Source: Candidatus Iainarchaeum sp. (GTDB lineage: Archaea > Iainarchaeota > Iainarchaeia > Iainarchaeales > GCA-2688035). Taken from it: a DNA stretch of 64,000 nt. Made by a program: the position numbers and the translations under genes. The notes under the pieces are model-generated. The model saw only the letters and a program-made list of their open reading frames with translations, did no database searches and was not told the origin of the DNA. The DNA is taken from NCBI GenBank assembly GCA_017610175.1, contig JAFCCO010000006.1, positions 2,778-66,777 on the forward strand, given 5' to 3'. Shown in pieces: positions 62,502 to 64,000 of this stretch (the first letter of the stretch is position 1; every line of letters begins with the position of its first letter).

Positions 62502-62576
62502 TATGTATGGGACTGTGGTGTAGCCTGGTCTAGCATTGTGGCTTTGGGAGCCTCCGACTCCGGTTCAAATCCGGGC
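62502..62576 (+). tRNA. tRNA-Pro (anticodon TGG)
   Basis: GGGACTGTGGTGTAGCCTGGTCTAGCATTGTGGCTTTGGGAGCCTCCGACTCCGGTTCAAATCCGGGCAGTCCCA. Anticodon loop TTTGGGA. One U-U mismatch in the anticodon stem. No CCA. Confidence 0.85.
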
Positions 62577-62599
62577 AGTCCCACTCAATTTTACCTGTT

Positions 62600-62674
62600 T
62601 AAAGAGGGGGCTGTAGTCTAGTTTGGTCTAGGATCCCAGCTCGGGGAGCTGGTGACGGGAGTTCGAATCTCCCC
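62600..62674 (+). tRNA. tRNA, probably Pro (loop UCGGGGA; anticodon GGG with C33)
   Basis: GGGGCTGTAGTCTAGTTTGGTCTAGGATCCCAGCTCGGGGAGCTGGTGACGGGAGTTCGAATCTCCCCGGCCCCA. Perfect 5-bp anticodon stem CCAGC/GCTGG enclosing TCGGGGA. No CCA. Confidence 0.75.
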
Positions 62675-62722
62675 GGCCCCAAATCTTAATTAACAAGTTT
62701 GGTGTTATTTGGTTGGATTGAT

Positions 62723-63796
62723 ATGGCAAAAAAGAAGAAAACAAGTGTGCTGAATTGGTTTGGAACGCACACCTTCCACCACAGCAAATTTGAAGACATA
62801 AAGAGACTGGTTAAGCTCAAGGAAGAGCAGGGCAAGAAGATTTCGGTTGGAATTCCAACACTAAACGAGGAAGACAACATAGGCAACGTAATTTCAAACC
62901 TAATGCCCTTGGTTGAAAAAGAATACCTTGTGGACGAGGTTGCAGTAATTGATTCAGGAAGCACGGATGCGACCTGTGACATCGCAAGAGAATTTGGGGC
63001 AAAGGTTTTTGTTGCGGAAAAACACCTCAAGGGCGAAGGGGTTTTCTTTCACAAGGGAGAGAATTTGTGGAAAAGCCTGCACATGCTAAAAGGGGACATT
63101 ATCTGCTGGGTTGACGCAGACATCAAAAACATTCATCCAAAATGGGTTTACGGATTAACAGGCCCGCTTCTTGAAAACGAGGAAATCGGTTATGCAAAAG
63201 CATTCTACGAAAGGCCAATTTGGGCAGCGGACGGAAAGTTGCAGAGCACAGGCGGGGGCAGAACAACGGAAATTTTTTCCAGGCCAATGTTCAACGTTTT
63301 CTTTCCGGAATTGACTGGAATAATCCAGCCGCTCAGCGGAGAATATGCAGGCAAGCGGGAAATTCTAGAAAAGCTTCCTTTCTTTATTGGATACGGGGTT
63401 GAAACAGGTTTGCTTATTGACATTGTTGAAAAATTTGGGCTCAACGCAATCTGCCAGGTTGACCTGGATGCGCGCATTCACCGGAACCAAACAACCAAGG
63501 CGCTTGGAAGGCAGGCGTTCGGGCTGCTGCAGGTCTTTTTGCACCGCGTCCCAGAACTCAAGTCAAAGCTCAAGGACTTTAACGGGGTGTTCAGGTTTCC
63601 TGAAACACAGCTTAACAAAAAAGGCGAGAAAGAGTACTTCCTCAGCGAAAAGGAAATTAATGAAGTTGAAAGGCCGCCGATTCACAAGGTTTCAGAATAC
63701 AATATCAGAAAAGGGTTTGAAAATGATTTGCTTGCAAAGCTTTCCGGGATGCTTTGGAACGTGAAAAAAGGGCTTAAGGAAAAAAAAGAAGAGTGA
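62723..63796 (+). CDS. gpgS: Glucosyl-3-phosphoglycerate synthase (GT81)
   Basis: VGIPTLNEEDNIGNVI…VIDSGSTDAT…HKGENLWKSL…WVDADI…GGGRTTEI…QPLSGEYAGKRE…GYGVETGLLID. These blocks match the GpgS signature as I recall it. Start moved to ATG 62723. Confidence 0.8.
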   Translation: MAKKKKTSVLNWFGTHTFHHSKFEDIKRLVKLKEEQGKKISVGIPTLNEEDNIGNVISNLMPLVEKEYLVDEVAVIDSGSTDATCDIAREFGAKVFVAEKHLKGEGVFFHKGENLWKSLHMLKGDIICWVDADIKNIHPKWVYGLTGPLLENEEIGYAKAFYERPIWAADGKLQSTGGGRTTEIFSRPMFNVFFPELTGIIQPLSGEYAGKREILEKLPFFIGYGVETGLLIDIVEKFGLNAICQVDLDARIHRNQTTKALGRQAFGLLQVFLHRVPELKSKLKDFNGVFRFPETQLNKKGEKEYFLSEKEINEVERPPIHKVSEYNIRKGFENDLLAKLSGMLWNVKKGLKEKKEE

Positions 63797-63801
63797 ATTG
63801 A

Positions 63802-64000
63802 ATTGGATCCAAAAAAAGCGAAAACAATTGTCATAAAGCTTGGGACAAGCAGTGTAATGCACAACAATCGCATAAACACCGCTTTGCTAAACGACATTGC
63901 AAAAGATATTTCAGAACTTGTCCGAGACGGAAAGAATGTAATAATTGTTTCAAGCGGGGCAATAGGCTTAGGGCTTGAGAGAATGCACTTAAACGGGCCA
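63802..64000 (+). CDS. Amino-acid-kinase family protein, probable glutamate 5-kinase (5' fragment, runs off window)
   Basis: Own translation from TTG 63802: LDPKKAKTIVIKLGTSSVMHNNRINTALLNDIAKDISELVRDGKNVIIVSSGAIGLGLERM…. ProB-type N-terminus. Confidence 0.6.

Overview
Gene-dense chromosomal segment with about 80 genes, short spacers and many 4-nt start/stop overlaps. It is almost certainly from an uncultivated-type archaeon. The archaeal assignment rests on fibrillarin plus Nop5, GatD/GatE, an ATP-dependent DNA ligase, an NMD3-like protein, beta-CASP nucleases, archaeal/eukaryal-type GlyRS, a Dph6-like ATP-pyrophosphatase, and six tRNA genes with no encoded CCA.

Content in order:
- a MacB-type ABC transporter operon;
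- two paralogous membrane-anchored thioredoxin-fold proteins;
- an anaerobic class III RNR locus (nrdD, nrdG, a DUF1858 redox-disulfide protein and a ferredoxin);
- RNA-processing genes;
- nop5-flpA;
- glyS;
- large CARDB/Ig-like surface proteins;
- a complete divergent DapL-type lysine cluster (dapB-dapA / dapL-dapF-lysA);
- aspS-gatC-gatA-IMPase-gatB;
- a PGI/PMI, GT-B glycosyltransferase, HAD and glycerate-kinase operon;
- gatE and gatD;
- class II FBP aldolase;
- a vWA surface protein;
- DNA ligase;
- a GT4 glycosyltransferase, GpgS and the start of a glutamate-5-kinase-like gene.

No CRISPR array, integrase, transposase or reverse transcriptase was seen.

Most notable observations:
1. nrdD is split. 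The glycyl-radical tail and half of the C-terminal zinc knuckle sit in a separate 48-codon ORF with its own Shine-Dalgarno. That ORF is below the ORF-track size cutoff.
2. An apparently catalytically intact GGDEF (GGEEF) diguanylate-cyclase gene is embedded between the archaea-specific gatE and gatD.
3. Nop5 has its fibrillarin-binding N-terminal domain replaced by a roughly 165-residue Arg/Ser/Lys-rich tandem-repeat region.
4. A 209-aa orphan protein carries motifs resembling an archaeo-eukaryotic primase (PrimPol-like) core.
5. A bacterial-type AspRS is clustered with gatCAB, with an IMPase gene translationally coupled inside gatCAB.
6. Two loci suggest glucosylglycerate-type compatible-solute metabolism.

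All functional calls come from motif recognition by eye. No database search was run.
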